From: Candidatus Poseidoniales archaeon
Lineage (GTDB): Archaea; Thermoplasmatota; Poseidoniia; Poseidoniales; Thalassarchaeaceae
Direction of reading: 5' to 3'
Length of the DNA stretch: 64,000 nucleotides
Assembly (NCBI GenBank): GCA_003602515.1
Contig: QQSB01000005.1
Location: 88,247 to 152,246, forward strand
The translations under genes and the position numbers were made by a program. Of this stretch, positions 21,149-31,843 are shown one piece after another. Under the pieces are notes generated by a model. That model saw only the letters and a list, made by a program, of their open reading frames with translations, ran no database searches and was not told the origin of the DNA. Positions within the stretch are counted from its first letter, which is position 1; every line of letters begins with the position of its first letter.

Positions 21149-22216
21149 ATGGAGAGGCGGTTGCCAATCATCGATACCGGAGAAGATTCGTCCGGAGGTT
21201 GCGGGAGCACTGGTCCGGCAGGGCCTCTTGAAAAAAGGAAAAACATGAGGAAGAGGCTTCCTTCGTGGTTCAAGACAGCCCTTCCAACTGGCTTGGCTCA
21301 GTCGAGATATAACGACACAAAGAGCAATGTGACGACTCATGGATTGAATACAGTCTGCGAGGAAGCACGATGCCCGAACGTTCACGACTGCTGGGGCAGG
21401 GGGACAGCCACCTTCATGGTTGCAGGTGAAGTTTGCACAAGGGGTTGCAGATTCTGTGCAGTCGGAACAGTGAAGTCCCCCCCCGAACTAAATGCAGAAG
21501 AACCCGGTGAGTTGGCTGATGCAGTCTACAATATGGGGCTGAGCTATGCAGTAATTACTGTTGTAAACAGGGATGATCTTGAAGACGGCGGTGCAATGCA
21601 CTACCGAGAATGTATCTCAGAGGTTGCAAACAAGAATCCCGGTGTTGGATTGGAATTGCTTTGTTCGGACCTAGATGGGAATCTAGAGGCTCTTGAGCAA
21701 ATGCTGGATGGGTTGCCTCTGAGGGTTTTCGCGCATAATGTCGAGTGCGTGCCGCGTCTAGACGGAATAGTTCGCGACCCTAGGGCCTCCTTCGGGCAAT
21801 CTCTAGAAATTCTGAGGAAGGCTAAGGAGGTCCGACCTGATGTACTTACGAAGACTAGTCTAATGGTCGGACTGGGAGAATCGGATGGCGAGGTAGAAGA
21901 GGCGATGAGGATGGTTCGCGAGGCTGGGGTCGATATGATCACCCTGGGGCAGTATCTACAGCCCAGCTACAGGCACCTTCCTGTGGACAGATTTCCTGAA
22001 CCAAGCATTTTTGCAGACTGGGATCGCCTAGCCAGAGACCTAGGTTTCGGTGCAGTGGCCAGCGGACCTCTGGTTAGGTCGAGCTACAGGGCTGGCCTTC
22101 TTTGGGAGGAGGCAATGGGAGGCGAGCCTGTGGTTACTCGAGACTCAACTGGTTCAGCGGTTAGCCACGTCCAGTCACAGAAGAGATTAGTTGTTGTAGA
22201 GGTTGATAATTCATGA
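21149..22216 (+). CDS. lipA: Lipoyl synthase
   Basis: CEEARCPNVHDC, CTRGCRFC and RSSY motifs. Confidence 0.95.
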   Translation: MERRLPIIDTGEDSSGGCGSTGPAGPLEKRKNMRKRLPSWFKTALPTGLAQSRYNDTKSNVTTHGLNTVCEEARCPNVHDCWGRGTATFMVAGEVCTRGCRFCAVGTVKSPPELNAEEPGELADAVYNMGLSYAVITVVNRDDLEDGGAMHYRECISEVANKNPGVGLELLCSDLDGNLEALEQMLDGLPLRVFAHNVECVPRLDGIVRDPRASFGQSLEILRKAKEVRPDVLTKTSLMVGLGESDGEVEEAMRMVREAGVDMITLGQYLQPSYRHLPVDRFPEPSIFADWDRLARDLGFGAVASGPLVRSSYRAGLLWEEAMGGEPVVTRDSTGSAVSHVQSQKRLVVVEVDNS

Positions 22217-22234
22217 TAAGCGGAGGGATGGGTC

Positions 22235-23470
22235 ATGGCACCTAGGGACACTGACGGGAAAATTCACGTTCCTGACGCCCCATTCAGGCCGGGTGAGGAA
22301 GCAAGTTTCGAGAACTGGCCATGGAAACCCGGGGATTTACCAATGCCTGATCCCAAAAATTGTCATTTTCAAGATACAGTTGATCTAGCTAATGGGCTAG
22401 TTAGGGTGCTTGATGACGATGGCAATGCCTCCGGGGAATGGGACCCGGGGCTCACTTCGGAACAACTCCTATCAGGCCTGGAGCATATGGTTAGGTTGAG
22501 GATCTTCGATGATAGGATGATGAAAATGCAGAGGACTGGCCTACTTTCATTCTACATGCGTTCACTAGGCGAGGAGGCAATTGCTATTGCTCAAACTATG
22601 GCATTGGAAGAGCAAGATTGGATTTTTCCATCTTACAGGCAGCCGGGTGCGCAATTCGTGAGAGGCAGGGATATGGTGAGCATGATTTGCCACTGCATAG
22701 GAAACGAAGAAGACAATATCAAGGGCAGACAGATGCCAGTGCACTATTCGTATAGAGAGGGGCGTTTCATATCGATTTCCAGCCCTGTTGGGACTCAGTT
22801 CAGCCAGGCCGTAGGAGTCTCCCTTGCATCGAGTTACAAGGGACTTGATGAAGTGACGATTACCTGGATTGGCGATGGGGCGAGTGCTGAAGGGGATTAC
22901 CACTATGCGCTGAACTTCGCTAGTGTGTTCAACGCCCCAGTAATACTGAACCTGGTGAACAACCAATGGGCAATATCCACTCATGCTAACTTCGCTACCG
23001 GAACGGGGAGTTTCGCATCTAGAGGGATACCCTTCGGACTTGCTTCCATCAGAGTGGATGGAAATGATTTCCTTGCACTATATTCTGTTACCAAGTGGGC
23101 TCGAGAGAGGGCTGCGGCAGGCTCTGGAGCGACACACATAGAGGTCCTTACCTACAGAACTGGAGCGCACAGCAGCAGCGACGACCCCAGTAGATATAGG
23201 CCCAAGAACGAGCATACCAAGTGGCCCGGCGGCGACCCTGTAGATCGGTTGAAAGAGCACCTGATTAAATTGGGAGAGTGGAGCTTGGATCAGCACAAAG
23301 AACTGGAGGAGAGGATTGACGGAGAGGTGATTGATGCGTACAAAGAGGCCGTGAAATTCGGAGATCTAGCCAATGGCCCATATCCCTCTGCGGATACCAT
23401 TTTCACAGAGGTTTACGAAGAAATGCCTTGGCACCTTAGGGAGCAGCATGACGAGATGATGGGGGGATGA
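22235..23470 (+). CDS. bkdA1: Branched-chain 2-oxo acid dehydrogenase E1 alpha
   Basis: KGRQMPVHY, GDGASAEGD...NNQWAIS (TPP motif), HSSSDDPSRY. Confidence 0.92.
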   Translation: MAPRDTDGKIHVPDAPFRPGEEASFENWPWKPGDLPMPDPKNCHFQDTVDLANGLVRVLDDDGNASGEWDPGLTSEQLLSGLEHMVRLRIFDDRMMKMQRTGLLSFYMRSLGEEAIAIAQTMALEEQDWIFPSYRQPGAQFVRGRDMVSMICHCIGNEEDNIKGRQMPVHYSYREGRFISISSPVGTQFSQAVGVSLASSYKGLDEVTITWIGDGASAEGDYHYALNFASVFNAPVILNLVNNQWAISTHANFATGTGSFASRGIPFGLASIRVDGNDFLALYSVTKWARERAAAGSGATHIEVLTYRTGAHSSSDDPSRYRPKNEHTKWPGGDPVDRLKEHLIKLGEWSLDQHKELEERIDGEVIDAYKEAVKFGDLANGPYPSADTIFTEVYEEMPWHLREQHDEMMGG

Positions 23471-24483
23471 AAATGGCAAATATGAATATGATTCAATCTT
23501 TGAACAGCGCTCTCGACAATATGTTAGATGGCGATCCAGATGTAATCATATTCGGAGAAGACGTTGGTTACTTTGGGGGGGTATTCAGAACAACTGATGG
23601 GTTACAAGAAAAGCATGGAAATCATCGTGTTTTCGACACGCCTCTTTCGGAAGGTGGCATCGCTGCAACCGCTTTTGGAATGGGATTAAATGGACTCAGG
23701 CCGGTGGTGGAAATCCAGTTTGCTGACTACATCTTCCCCGCTTATGATCAGATTGTGAACGAGATGGCAAAGGTGAGGCACAGGTCTGGAGGCGAGTTCT
23801 GGTCCCCTGTTACGCTAAGAACTCCGGCAGGAGGTGGGATTAGAGGCGGGCATCACCATTCACAATCCCCAGAGTCCCAATTCACACATACTCCAGGGCT
23901 CAAGATAGTTTACTGCTCAACACCATACAATGCCAAGGGTCTGCTAATTAGCGCTATTGAGAGCAATGACCCCGTAGTTTTCTTTGAGCCAAAGAGGTGT
24001 TATCGAGGACCTTTCTATGGAGACCCTCACAGCGTACCAACATGGGCCGAACATCCAGAGGCAGAAGTTCCCGAGAGCCACTACAGAATCCCCCTTGGTG
24101 AGGCGAGATTAGTACAACAAGGAAGCGATTGCACGGTAATCTCCTGGGGTGCTATGGTTCATGTTTGTGAGCAAGCAATTAGCGACAGTGGAGTATCATG
24201 CGATCTAATTGACCTGCAGACTCTTATTCCCTGGGACAAGGAGGTAGTAGTGGATTCGATCGAGAAGACAGGGAGATGTGTGATTGTCCATGAGGCCCCT
24301 AAAACTAGTGGATTCGGTGCAGAAATGGCAGCTTCTATACAGGAGAGGTGCTTCTACCATCTTGAGACGCCTATTGAGAGGGTGACGGGGTGGGATACAC
24401 CATTCCCCCATACTACTGAATGGGATTACATGCCCGGGCCATCTAGAATCGCAGCGGCGATAGTGAAAACACAGGAGGACTGA
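23467..24483 (+). CDS. bkdA2: Branched-chain 2-oxo acid dehydrogenase E1 beta
   Basis: GEDVGYFGGVFR, EIQFADY, HSQSPE, FFEPKR. ATGA overlap with E1 alpha. Confidence 0.92.
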   Translation: MKMANMNMIQSLNSALDNMLDGDPDVIIFGEDVGYFGGVFRTTDGLQEKHGNHRVFDTPLSEGGIAATAFGMGLNGLRPVVEIQFADYIFPAYDQIVNEMAKVRHRSGGEFWSPVTLRTPAGGGIRGGHHHSQSPESQFTHTPGLKIVYCSTPYNAKGLLISAIESNDPVVFFEPKRCYRGPFYGDPHSVPTWAEHPEAEVPESHYRIPLGEARLVQQGSDCTVISWGAMVHVCEQAISDSGVSCDLIDLQTLIPWDKEVVVDSIEKTGRCVIVHEAPKTSGFGAEMAASIQERCFYHLETPIERVTGWDTPFPHTTEWDYMPGPSRIAAAIVKTQED

Positions 24484-24484
24484 G

Positions 24485-25783
24485 ATGGGAAATTTCGTGT
24501 TTAAGTTGCCTGATATCGGAGAAGGGGTGGTTGAAGGAGAAGTTGTCCAATGGCACGTCTCAGTTGGCGATTCGGTCTCCGAGGACGATCCACTTGTCGA
24601 TGTGATGACTGATAAGGCAACGGTGACAATTCCATCCCCTGAAAGCGGGGTAATCAGTTCTCTAAGTGGCGGAGTAGGAGATATGATTGCTGTTGGAACA
24701 ACTCTTCTCGAGATCGACACTGGGGGGGAAGTATCGGCGAGTGAGGGAGGAGGATCGGATGACGTTGACAAGCCAGCAGAAACGACTCCTGCCCCTGTCC
24801 CTGCCCCCGTCCCAATCGCTGCCGCGGACCCTGTCCCAACCCCTGTCCCGGACCCTGTCCCAACCGCTGCCGCTGCCCCGGCCCCAAAGGCGCCATCTCA
24901 ACCAGCAACTGGTCGGGTCCTTGCTAGTCCTGCGGTTAGAAAGCGGGCTAGAGAGAATGATGTTGATCTGTCAGCCGTTAGGGGATCGGGTCCGGCTGGT
25001 AGAATCAGGCATGCTGATTTGGATGCATTCATTGCCGCTGGAGGAGCAATTTCAGGTGCACCTCCTATTGCATACTCGGTTAAGAGAACCGAAGTTACTC
25101 CGGTGAAGGTAGTCGGACTCAGGCGCAAGATCTCAGAGCAAATGAGCCTAGCAAAGAGTAGGATTCCGCACTTCTCATACTTCGAAGAGGTAGACATTAC
25201 TGAGCTAGAGTCTTTGAGGCAGATACTCAACTCGACAAAAGACGAGACCCAACCGAAGCTGACATATCTCCCATTCATTATGCTCGCTCTAGGGAAGATA
25301 ATGCCTGAACATCCGGAATGCAATGCACATTTCGATGACGAGGGAGGAGTTGTTCTTAGGCAGGGAGCAGTAAACCTAGGTATTGCTACCCAGACTGAGC
25401 GAGGTTTGTATGTGCCCGTGGTTAAGCACGTTGAGGCTATGGATATCTGGAACGCTGCATCAGAAATGCAGAGAGTATCCGGTTCTGCGAGAGATGGCAC
25501 TGCTAGTCTAGACGAGCTTACAGGTTCCACCTTCACGATCACAAGCCTGGGGCGAGAGGGCGGCCTTGGAGCAACCCCAATTATTAATCATCCAGAGGTT
25601 TCCATACTTGGAGTGCACAAGGCAAGAGAGATGCCTGTTGTCAAGGATGGCAAGATAGTCATTAGGAGGGTTATGAATCTTTCAAGCGCCTTTGACCACA
25701 GGGTAGTCGATGGGGCTGATGGGGCTTCCTTGATTCAGCACCTCAAGAGAATGCTGGAAACCCCGGCACTCATTTTCATGTGA
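24485..25783 (+). CDS. bkdB: Dihydrolipoamide acyltransferase E2
   Basis: Lipoyl domain (VMTDKA), Pro/Ala linker, E3-binding ASPAVRK, catalytic DHRVVDG. Confidence 0.93.
   Translation: MGNFVFKLPDIGEGVVEGEVVQWHVSVGDSVSEDDPLVDVMTDKATVTIPSPESGVISSLSGGVGDMIAVGTTLLEIDTGGEVSASEGGGSDDVDKPAETTPAPVPAPVPIAAADPVPTPVPDPVPTAAAAPAPKAPSQPATGRVLASPAVRKRARENDVDLSAVRGSGPAGRIRHADLDAFIAAGGAISGAPPIAYSVKRTEVTPVKVVGLRRKISEQMSLAKSRIPHFSYFEEVDITELESLRQILNSTKDETQPKLTYLPFIMLALGKIMPEHPECNAHFDDEGGVVLRQGAVNLGIATQTERGLYVPVVKHVEAMDIWNAASEMQRVSGSARDGTASLDELTGSTFTITSLGREGGLGATPIINHPEVSILGVHKAREMPVVKDGKIVIRRVMNLSSAFDHRVVDGADGASLIQHLKRMLETPALIFM
24788..24886 (+). repeat. Short tandem repeats encoding the E2 PAPVP/DPVPT linker
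   Basis: Repeated CCCTGTCCC; GACCCTGTCCCAACC occurs twice. Confidence 0.7.
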
Positions 25784-25791
25784 GGACTAAA

Positions 25792-27228
25792 ATGGTAGAA
25801 TCACGCAAATGCCAGGTCTTGGTAATTGGTGCGGGGCCGGGAGGTTACGTGGCGGGAATACGTTCAGCGCAACTAGGTCTTGATACGATTGTTGTAGAGG
25901 GCGACAAGGCAGGAGGTACTTGCCTAATCAGGGGGTGCATCCCTAGCAAGGCAATTATCCATGCCGCAGAGAGGTTTGAGTCTCTACGCCAGCATTCTGC
26001 CGATGGGGGCCACATGGGACTTTCTGTCAAAGGTGAGGCCGAAGTTGACATGGTGGGATTGGTATCCTGGAAAGATTCCATTGTTGATAGGTTGAACAAG
26101 GGCGTCGAGGGGTTGCTGAAAGCGGCTGGTGCAGACCTAATCAAGGGATGGGCAAGATTCGAGGGGCCCAAGAGTTGCATCATAGATTCTGGTGCCGGGA
26201 GTGTGAAGATTGAGGCGGAGAATGTCATCATTGCTACCGGATCGAGCCATATTGATTTACCATTCATGCCATGTGATGAGGAGTTTGTCATTTCCTCTAC
26301 TGGTGCATTAGATCTAGAGGCACTTCCTAAGAGTGTTGCAATTGTCGGAGGAGGCTATATCGGCCTCGAATTGGGATGCGCCCTCGCTAAGCTTGGTTCC
26401 AAAATTACTGTCGTCGAGGGCATGAGCAGCGTTTTGGCAATAATGGACAAGGAAATTCGGAGACCACTGGAAATATGGTTGAAGAAACACAAGGTCACAG
26501 TCCATACCGATTCACTGGCCAGGGGTGTCGAAATCAAGGGAAGGGGTGCATCCAAAAAGGCTGAGTTGACATTTGAGAAAGATGGAACCGAACACAAGGT
26601 GAAGGTAGACAAGGTCCTTGTCACAGTGGGAAGGAAGCCCAATACCAAAGGATGGGGGCTAGAAAACACCGGAGTTAGGATGGATGGTTCCGGGCGCTTC
26701 ATCAGAACGGACAGGCAATGCAGAACATCAGTTCCGGGAGTATATGCAATTGGTGACGTATCTGGTGAGCCAATGCTAGCCCACAAGGCTAGTGCAGAAG
26801 GGGAGATGGTAGCCGAGATTATTGCTGGGCATAAAAGAGAATTCGACAAGATAGCTATCCCTGCAATAGTCTTTACCGAGCCCGAGATAGTATCTGTCGG
26901 CCTTACTCCCGATGAAGCCAAAGAAAGGGGCGAAGAGGTCATTGTAGGCAAGTTCCCACTTGCTGCAAATGGCAGAGCATTGAGTCTTGAGGCTGAGAAG
27001 ACCGGAGGTTTCATCCGAGTTACAGCCAGAGAGTCGGATCACGTTATCCTAGGCGTTCAGGCTGTGGGGAGTCACGTTGCAGAGTTGCACTCCGAATTCG
27101 TGTTAGCTCTAGAAATGGGGGCTTTGCTTGAAGACGTGGCCGGTACTGTGCACGCACACCCCACCATGTCCGAGGCGTTTCACGAGAGCGTTCTCAAGAC
27201 CCTGGGGCACGCCATTCACATCCAATGA
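25792..27228 (+). CDS. lpdA: Dihydrolipoamide dehydrogenase E3
   Basis: GAGPGGY, GGTCLIRGCIPSK, GGGYIG, HAHPTMSE. Confidence 0.95.
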   Translation: MVESRKCQVLVIGAGPGGYVAGIRSAQLGLDTIVVEGDKAGGTCLIRGCIPSKAIIHAAERFESLRQHSADGGHMGLSVKGEAEVDMVGLVSWKDSIVDRLNKGVEGLLKAAGADLIKGWARFEGPKSCIIDSGAGSVKIEAENVIIATGSSHIDLPFMPCDEEFVISSTGALDLEALPKSVAIVGGGYIGLELGCALAKLGSKITVVEGMSSVLAIMDKEIRRPLEIWLKKHKVTVHTDSLARGVEIKGRGASKKAELTFEKDGTEHKVKVDKVLVTVGRKPNTKGWGLENTGVRMDGSGRFIRTDRQCRTSVPGVYAIGDVSGEPMLAHKASAEGEMVAEIIAGHKREFDKIAIPAIVFTEPEIVSVGLTPDEAKERGEEVIVGKFPLAANGRALSLEAEKTGGFIRVTARESDHVILGVQAVGSHVAELHSEFVLALEMGALLEDVAGTVHAHPTMSEAFHESVLKTLGHAIHIQ

Positions 27229-27911
27229 GGTTTCGGATGGGCGGAATCGACGTACTTAGGTGCGGGATAGTGAATTATCAAGTAATGGCTGAGTCGATGA
27301 AGGATCTTCAAAAAAAGAGGATTGCAGGAGAGATTAGTGATACCTTGATCTTCGTCCAGCATCCAGAGGTGGTGACAATTGGACCCAAGGCAGTCCGTGA
27401 TAATGTCGTTGTTGATGGATACCCGACTTGCCTGACCGACAGAGGCGGGGGAATTACCTGGCACGGGCCTGGACAACTTGTCGTATATCCAATTGTAAAA
27501 TGGGAGATTGGTGAACAGAGTGTCAGAGGGGTAATTGGGAGATTAGAAGACTGGGCGATAGCCGCTCTTGCTGAATGCGGCATTTCTGCTTACAAGAATG
27601 AGAAGATGCAAGGAGCTTGGGTGGATGGATTCAAGATTTGCTCAATCGGATTGTCATTCCTCCACTGGGTTAGCCGTCATGGGATGTCAATCAATATAGA
27701 AACCCCGGGGAAAAGGGTTCAGAATCTAGAATGCTGTGGCATTCCCGCGGGGACTCACACCAGCCTTTCGCACCTAGGGTATGAAAAAGACAAGCAGGGG
27801 CTCAAAATAGACTACAAGAGGATTGAGAAGAGCCTGAGGTTGACTTGTGAGGAGCACCTTGGTCGGGTTCCGAAGGATCCTGTAGATTGGAGTCCGGAGG
27901 CGATAGTTTGA
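27225..27911 (+). CDS. lipB: Octanoyltransferase
   Basis: QHPEVVTIG, DRGGGITWHGPGQLVVYPI, KICSIG, HGMSIN, CCG. Confidence 0.9.
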   Translation: MRFRMGGIDVLRCGIVNYQVMAESMKDLQKKRIAGEISDTLIFVQHPEVVTIGPKAVRDNVVVDGYPTCLTDRGGGITWHGPGQLVVYPIVKWEIGEQSVRGVIGRLEDWAIAALAECGISAYKNEKMQGAWVDGFKICSIGLSFLHWVSRHGMSINIETPGKRVQNLECCGIPAGTHTSLSHLGYEKDKQGLKIDYKRIEKSLRLTCEEHLGRVPKDPVDWSPEAIV

Positions 27912-29098
27912 ACAGACCTATCAGAAGTAATTTGGCTCAGCACTGGATGCTCTCCCGAGAAACCTGTTTTCTGAATCATGGCTCCTTCGGGGCAACGCCA
28001 ATTGCAGTTCTTGAAGAGCAAAGTAGACTCAGGGGCATGATCGAGAATGACCCAGTTAGGTTCTTCGAAAGAGATTACACCCCATTGATTAGTCACTCGA
28101 TAAAAATACTCTCAGAATTCATGAATGCTGATCCACAGGGGATGGCATTCGTGAAGAATACAACGGAAGGAGTGAACACGGTACTCAGAAGCCTCCCCCT
28201 ACAGCCGGGTGACGAGATTCTAGTTACGGACCACAGCTACCAGGCATGTTGGAATGCAGTAGACTTCGTTACCCAGAGGTCGGGTGCGAAGACGGTAGTT
28301 GTAGAAGTTCCATTCAGAGTCGGCAGCGAGGATGAAATCGTAGACTTGGTGATGGATTCTGTTACTGATCGAACAGTCCTAGCCATGATAGATACCGTCA
28401 CTAGCGCCACAGGCCTCAGGATGCCATTTGAAAGACTCGTCGGAGAGTTGCAAGAAACGGGAGTAGATGTCCTTCTAGATGCGGCGCATGGCCCGGGGAT
28501 TGTACCTCTCGATCTAAGCAATTTAGATGCGGCATACTGTACTGGGAATTGCCATAAATGGCTCTGTACTCCTAAGGGGTCGGCCTTTCTCCACATCAGA
28601 TCTGATCTCAAGAAGATGATTAGGCCTCTTAGTATCAGCCACGGCGCCAGTTTCGAAGGCACTGATCAGGAAAAGTTCGAGTTTGAGTTTGGATGGCCTG
28701 GGACCCAAGATCCAACCCCTTGGCTATGTATTCCGCTAGCAATTGATTTCCTGGGTGGACTAGTAGAGGGCGGATGGCCAGAGATTATGGAAAGAAACCG
28801 GATATTGGCACTCGAGGGGAGGAAGATTATCTGCAAGGCAGTTGGGACCATAGAGCCGGTTCCCGATTCGTTGGTTTCATCGATAGCTTCCGTGGAAATG
28901 CCCGGGGAAGGAGAAGTAGGACCGATGACTATGGAAGGAGACCCCTATCACAACTACCTACTGGATGAGTTTGGAATACAAGTTCCTGTTTTTCCATGGA
29001 GGCACCATGGAAAGAGGTACATTAGAATATCAGCGCAACTTTACAACAGTATCGAAGAGTATGAGTTTCTGGCAGAGTGCCTAGAAAAGTCAATGTGA
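27908..29098 (+). CDS. Class V PLP enzyme (CefD / L-cysteine desulfhydrase / Egt2-like C-S lyase)
   Basis: FLNHGSFGATP, NTTEGVN, DAAHGPG, GNCHKWLCTPKG, RISAQLYN. TTG start overlaps the lipB stop. Confidence 0.8.
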   Translation: MNRPIRSNLAQHWMLSRETCFLNHGSFGATPIAVLEEQSRLRGMIENDPVRFFERDYTPLISHSIKILSEFMNADPQGMAFVKNTTEGVNTVLRSLPLQPGDEILVTDHSYQACWNAVDFVTQRSGAKTVVVEVPFRVGSEDEIVDLVMDSVTDRTVLAMIDTVTSATGLRMPFERLVGELQETGVDVLLDAAHGPGIVPLDLSNLDAAYCTGNCHKWLCTPKGSAFLHIRSDLKKMIRPLSISHGASFEGTDQEKFEFEFGWPGTQDPTPWLCIPLAIDFLGGLVEGGWPEIMERNRILALEGRKIICKAVGTIEPVPDSLVSSIASVEMPGEGEVGPMTMEGDPYHNYLLDEFGIQVPVFPWRHHGKRYIRISAQLYNSIEEYEFLAECLEKSM

Positions 29099-29140
29099 GG
29101 TTGGGAAACCATTGAATGGAGTGGGGTATGCCGTGATGAC

Positions 29141-29722
29141 ATGCCCGAGGCAGTTGTCGCACTTACTGGAGCATCAGGAGCGAAGTACTGCGTCAGACTA
29201 ATTGAAGCTCTGGTTGAGCACAATTGGTCGGTGAACCTGATAGTAACTAGCACTGGGGCCATAAATCTGGATCTTGAATGCGGGATATCGCCTAGCGAAT
29301 TGGCTGCCAAAGAAGGAGTGACTCTCGAAAATAATTCGAACCTTGCTGCCAAAGCGGCCTCTGGATCTGCTAGATTCGATGCTTACGTCGTATGTCCGGC
29401 CAGTGGAACAACGATTGGAAAAATCGCTGCCGGAATTAGTGACAATCTTGCAACTAGGAGTGCCTTGGTGGCGATGAAAGAGAGGAGGAAACTGATTATC
29501 GTTCCAAGGGAGGCCCCTTACTCCACCCCTCATCTAAAAGCCATGTTCAATCTATCAGAGTGGGGGGCAGTAATCCTCCCAGCGAGTCCTGGATTCTACC
29601 AATCTCCCAGAAATATTGAGGATCTAATTGACTTTGTAGTGGCAAGAATACTGGATCAGCTAGACGTTGATCACACCTTAGGAAAAAGATGGACCGGAGA
29701 AGAAGTCCCATCTGAAGATTGA
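29141..29722 (+). CDS. ubiX: Flavin prenyltransferase
   Basis: ALTGASGA, ASGS, KERRKLIIVPREAP, PASPGFY. Confidence 0.9.
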   Translation: MPEAVVALTGASGAKYCVRLIEALVEHNWSVNLIVTSTGAINLDLECGISPSELAAKEGVTLENNSNLAAKAASGSARFDAYVVCPASGTTIGKIAAGISDNLATRSALVAMKERRKLIIVPREAPYSTPHLKAMFNLSEWGAVILPASPGFYQSPRNIEDLIDFVVARILDQLDVDHTLGKRWTGEEVPSED

Positions 29723-29785
29723 TGCCCTTCATGACCGGTTCTGGAATGGGTTCAATAGTGGTGGAAAGAGCTCAGTTGCCATAAC

Positions 29786-31342
29786 ATGTCTGAATGGTCG
29801 CGGAGTTTTGGGAAGCCAACTTCCACAATTTTCGTAGTGGGGATGATTGTCATGGGAGCAGCGGGAGGTGGGTTTCTGTTCAGAGACGATCTAGCGAAAT
29901 GGGTCACAGGAGAGCAGGAATACGAGTTAATTGACTTCGACTCAAACCAGACTAGAGCATATGCCCAAGGGCTAGTGGACTTAGGAGACCCAGACTGGGG
30001 GGGTAGGCTCTCAGGAACTGTAGAAGAGGAGAATGCTGCACAATCGATCAAGACCAATTTCTCGAACAGTGGATTGCCCTCCACTCTCGAAGAGTTTGAG
30101 GTTCCACTCTACTACATGGGCAACACATTCGAAATGATGATCTGTATTCCTGGAAATGTTGGAGGTATCTTCGGAGGACCAGCACCTTGCTCTGTTGCAG
30201 ATTTGGACAGGGACGAGGTACAATTCGAACACAGGTCTGATTTCGTAGTACAGGGATACAGCGGGAGTGTTAACATTCCAGCGAGCAGTGATGTACAAGT
30301 GATTGACTTGGCCATGGGTAATGAAACTCAGGATTGGAGTGCGGCCAGTAATGGCATTGGTTTGGTATGGCTATTAGATGGCGATAATGGGCAGCCGGGA
30401 ACCGAGAGCAACACCATCCTGATGAAGCGAGCCCAGGAGAACGGACTGAGGGGTTTGATAGTAGTAAATTCCAGACAAAATTGCGATGAGTTGGTCTCTG
30501 ATGATTGCGTTCCTTATTCCAAATCTCTTGATATTACAGAGTTTGAAGAAAGGCCCTACGACATCGGTTTTGTCATGGTATCAAGGAGCTTAGGCGAGTC
30601 AATCCGCGACGAAGTAGTCAACTCAGAGGGGATGCTAGAATTCCGAATAGAAGTGGATAATCAGAACAATGGTAACGTCCACGTACCTTGCGGGATTATA
30701 GAGGGTGAGACCGAGCAGTTGGTTGTAGTCGGCGCACATCATGATACCGTATACAATGGCCAGGGTGCGGTGGACAATACGGCAGGGACAGCCACTGTTA
30801 TGGAAATGGCTAGACAATTCGGTTTGTTGCAAGAAGAACTGGGAGATCCAGGGTTGACGATCTACTTCTGCACATGGGGCGGGGAAGAGGAAGGCCTCTG
30901 GGGATCCTCGGAGTGGGTCATCAAGCATAGGGAAATGCTAGAGGATAACCTCAGACTCTACATCAACCTGGATATGAATCACGTAGATGCAGAGAGGAAC
31001 TCCGGGGTGACTCTGCAGGGAAACAGTGCGACGGATGTGAAACACATCGAGGGTTTGGTTGTCGAGTTTGCTAATTCGTATCCCGAACTGTACGAGAAAT
31101 ACAGTATTATCGTCAGGGAGCTTGACTCGGATCAGATGCCGGACAACTCTGATCATGCGCCATTCGTCTTTGGAATTCACCAGGAAGAAGCAGATGAGTT
31201 TGGCTTGGCGATGATTTGCTACGGCTCCGGTTCGTCAGAATACCACACTTACTTGGATAACATGGACAGATTCAACGAAGAGAGCCTATCTGTTTCGGGG
31301 ATCATCTATGGCTCCCTAATTCGTCACCTAGCATGGGGCTAA
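29786..31342 (+). CDS. Membrane-anchored M28-family metallopeptidase with PA-like insert
   Basis: N-terminal [32 protein letters not shown] zinc-ligand motifs. Confidence 0.88.
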   Translation: MSEWSRSFGKPTSTIFVVGMIVMGAAGGGFLFRDDLAKWVTGEQEYELIDFDSNQTRAYAQGLVDLGDPDWGGRLSGTVEEENAAQSIKTNFSNSGLPSTLEEFEVPLYYMGNTFEMMICIPGNVGGIFGGPAPCSVADLDRDEVQFEHRSDFVVQGYSGSVNIPASSDVQVIDLAMGNETQDWSAASNGIGLVWLLDGDNGQPGTESNTILMKRAQENGLRGLIVVNSRQNCDELVSDDCVPYSKSLDITEFEERPYDIGFVMVSRSLGESIRDEVVNSEGMLEFRIEVDNQNNGNVHVPCGIIEGETEQLVVVGAHHDTVYNGQGAVDNTAGTATVMEMARQFGLLQEELGDPGLTIYFCTWGGEEEGLWGSSEWVIKHREMLEDNLRLYINLDMNHVDAERNSGVTLQGNSATDVKHIEGLVVEFANSYPELYEKYSIIVRELDSDQMPDNSDHAPFVFGIHQEEADEFGLAMICYGSGSSEYHTYLDNMDRFNEESLSVSGIIYGSLIRHLAWG

Positions 31343-31803
31343 GTAGCACAGAAAGAGGTTATTTCGTCATAGTCTGGCTCGATACCAGGATTTTCTGCGA
31401 CCCAGCGATACTGGACCGTCCCCTCGATTCCAATTATGACGACGACGCGGTTAGCGCTGACATAACCATCTAGGCCACCGAGTCCGACAAATTTAGCATC
31501 GTATAATTCGACTACATCTCTGTCGAGATCTGAAAGTAATTCGAATTCTAAGTTGTATCTTCTGGCGAACTCTGCATTTGCCCATGGGGAGTCGACGCTT
31601 ATCCCGAATACAGTCGCATTGCAATCATTTAGATTGGCGAGTTTTTCTTGAAAAGAGCACATCTCTTTGTCACAGACGCCAGTAAATGCCCCTGGATAGA
31701 ATGCTAAAATCACAGTCTTTCCCTGGTAGTCCGATAGTGTTACTGCTTCTTTTATGGTGTTCTTCAATGTAAAATCAGGGGCCTTGTCGCCTACTTTAAC
31801 CAT
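31339..31803 (-). CDS. Peroxiredoxin (BCP/AhpE-like)
   Basis: [29 protein letters not shown]. Confidence 0.9.
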   Translation of the reverse strand: MVKVGDKAPDFTLKNTIKEAVTLSDYQGKTVILAFYPGAFTGVCDKEMCSFQEKLANLNDCNATVFGISVDSPWANAEFARRYNLEFELLSDLDRDVVELYDAKFVGLGGLDGYVSANRVVVIIGIEGTVQYRWVAENPGIEPDYDEITSFCAT

Positions 31804-31843
31804 GGTTACTGCGAAGGGTTACATATTTTGAATATGCCTAGAT

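Noticed and set aside
24788..24886. Tandem repeats as a CRISPR array or VNTR element
   Set aside because: In-frame Pro/Ala/Val linker typical of E2 subunits; no spacers or cas genes.
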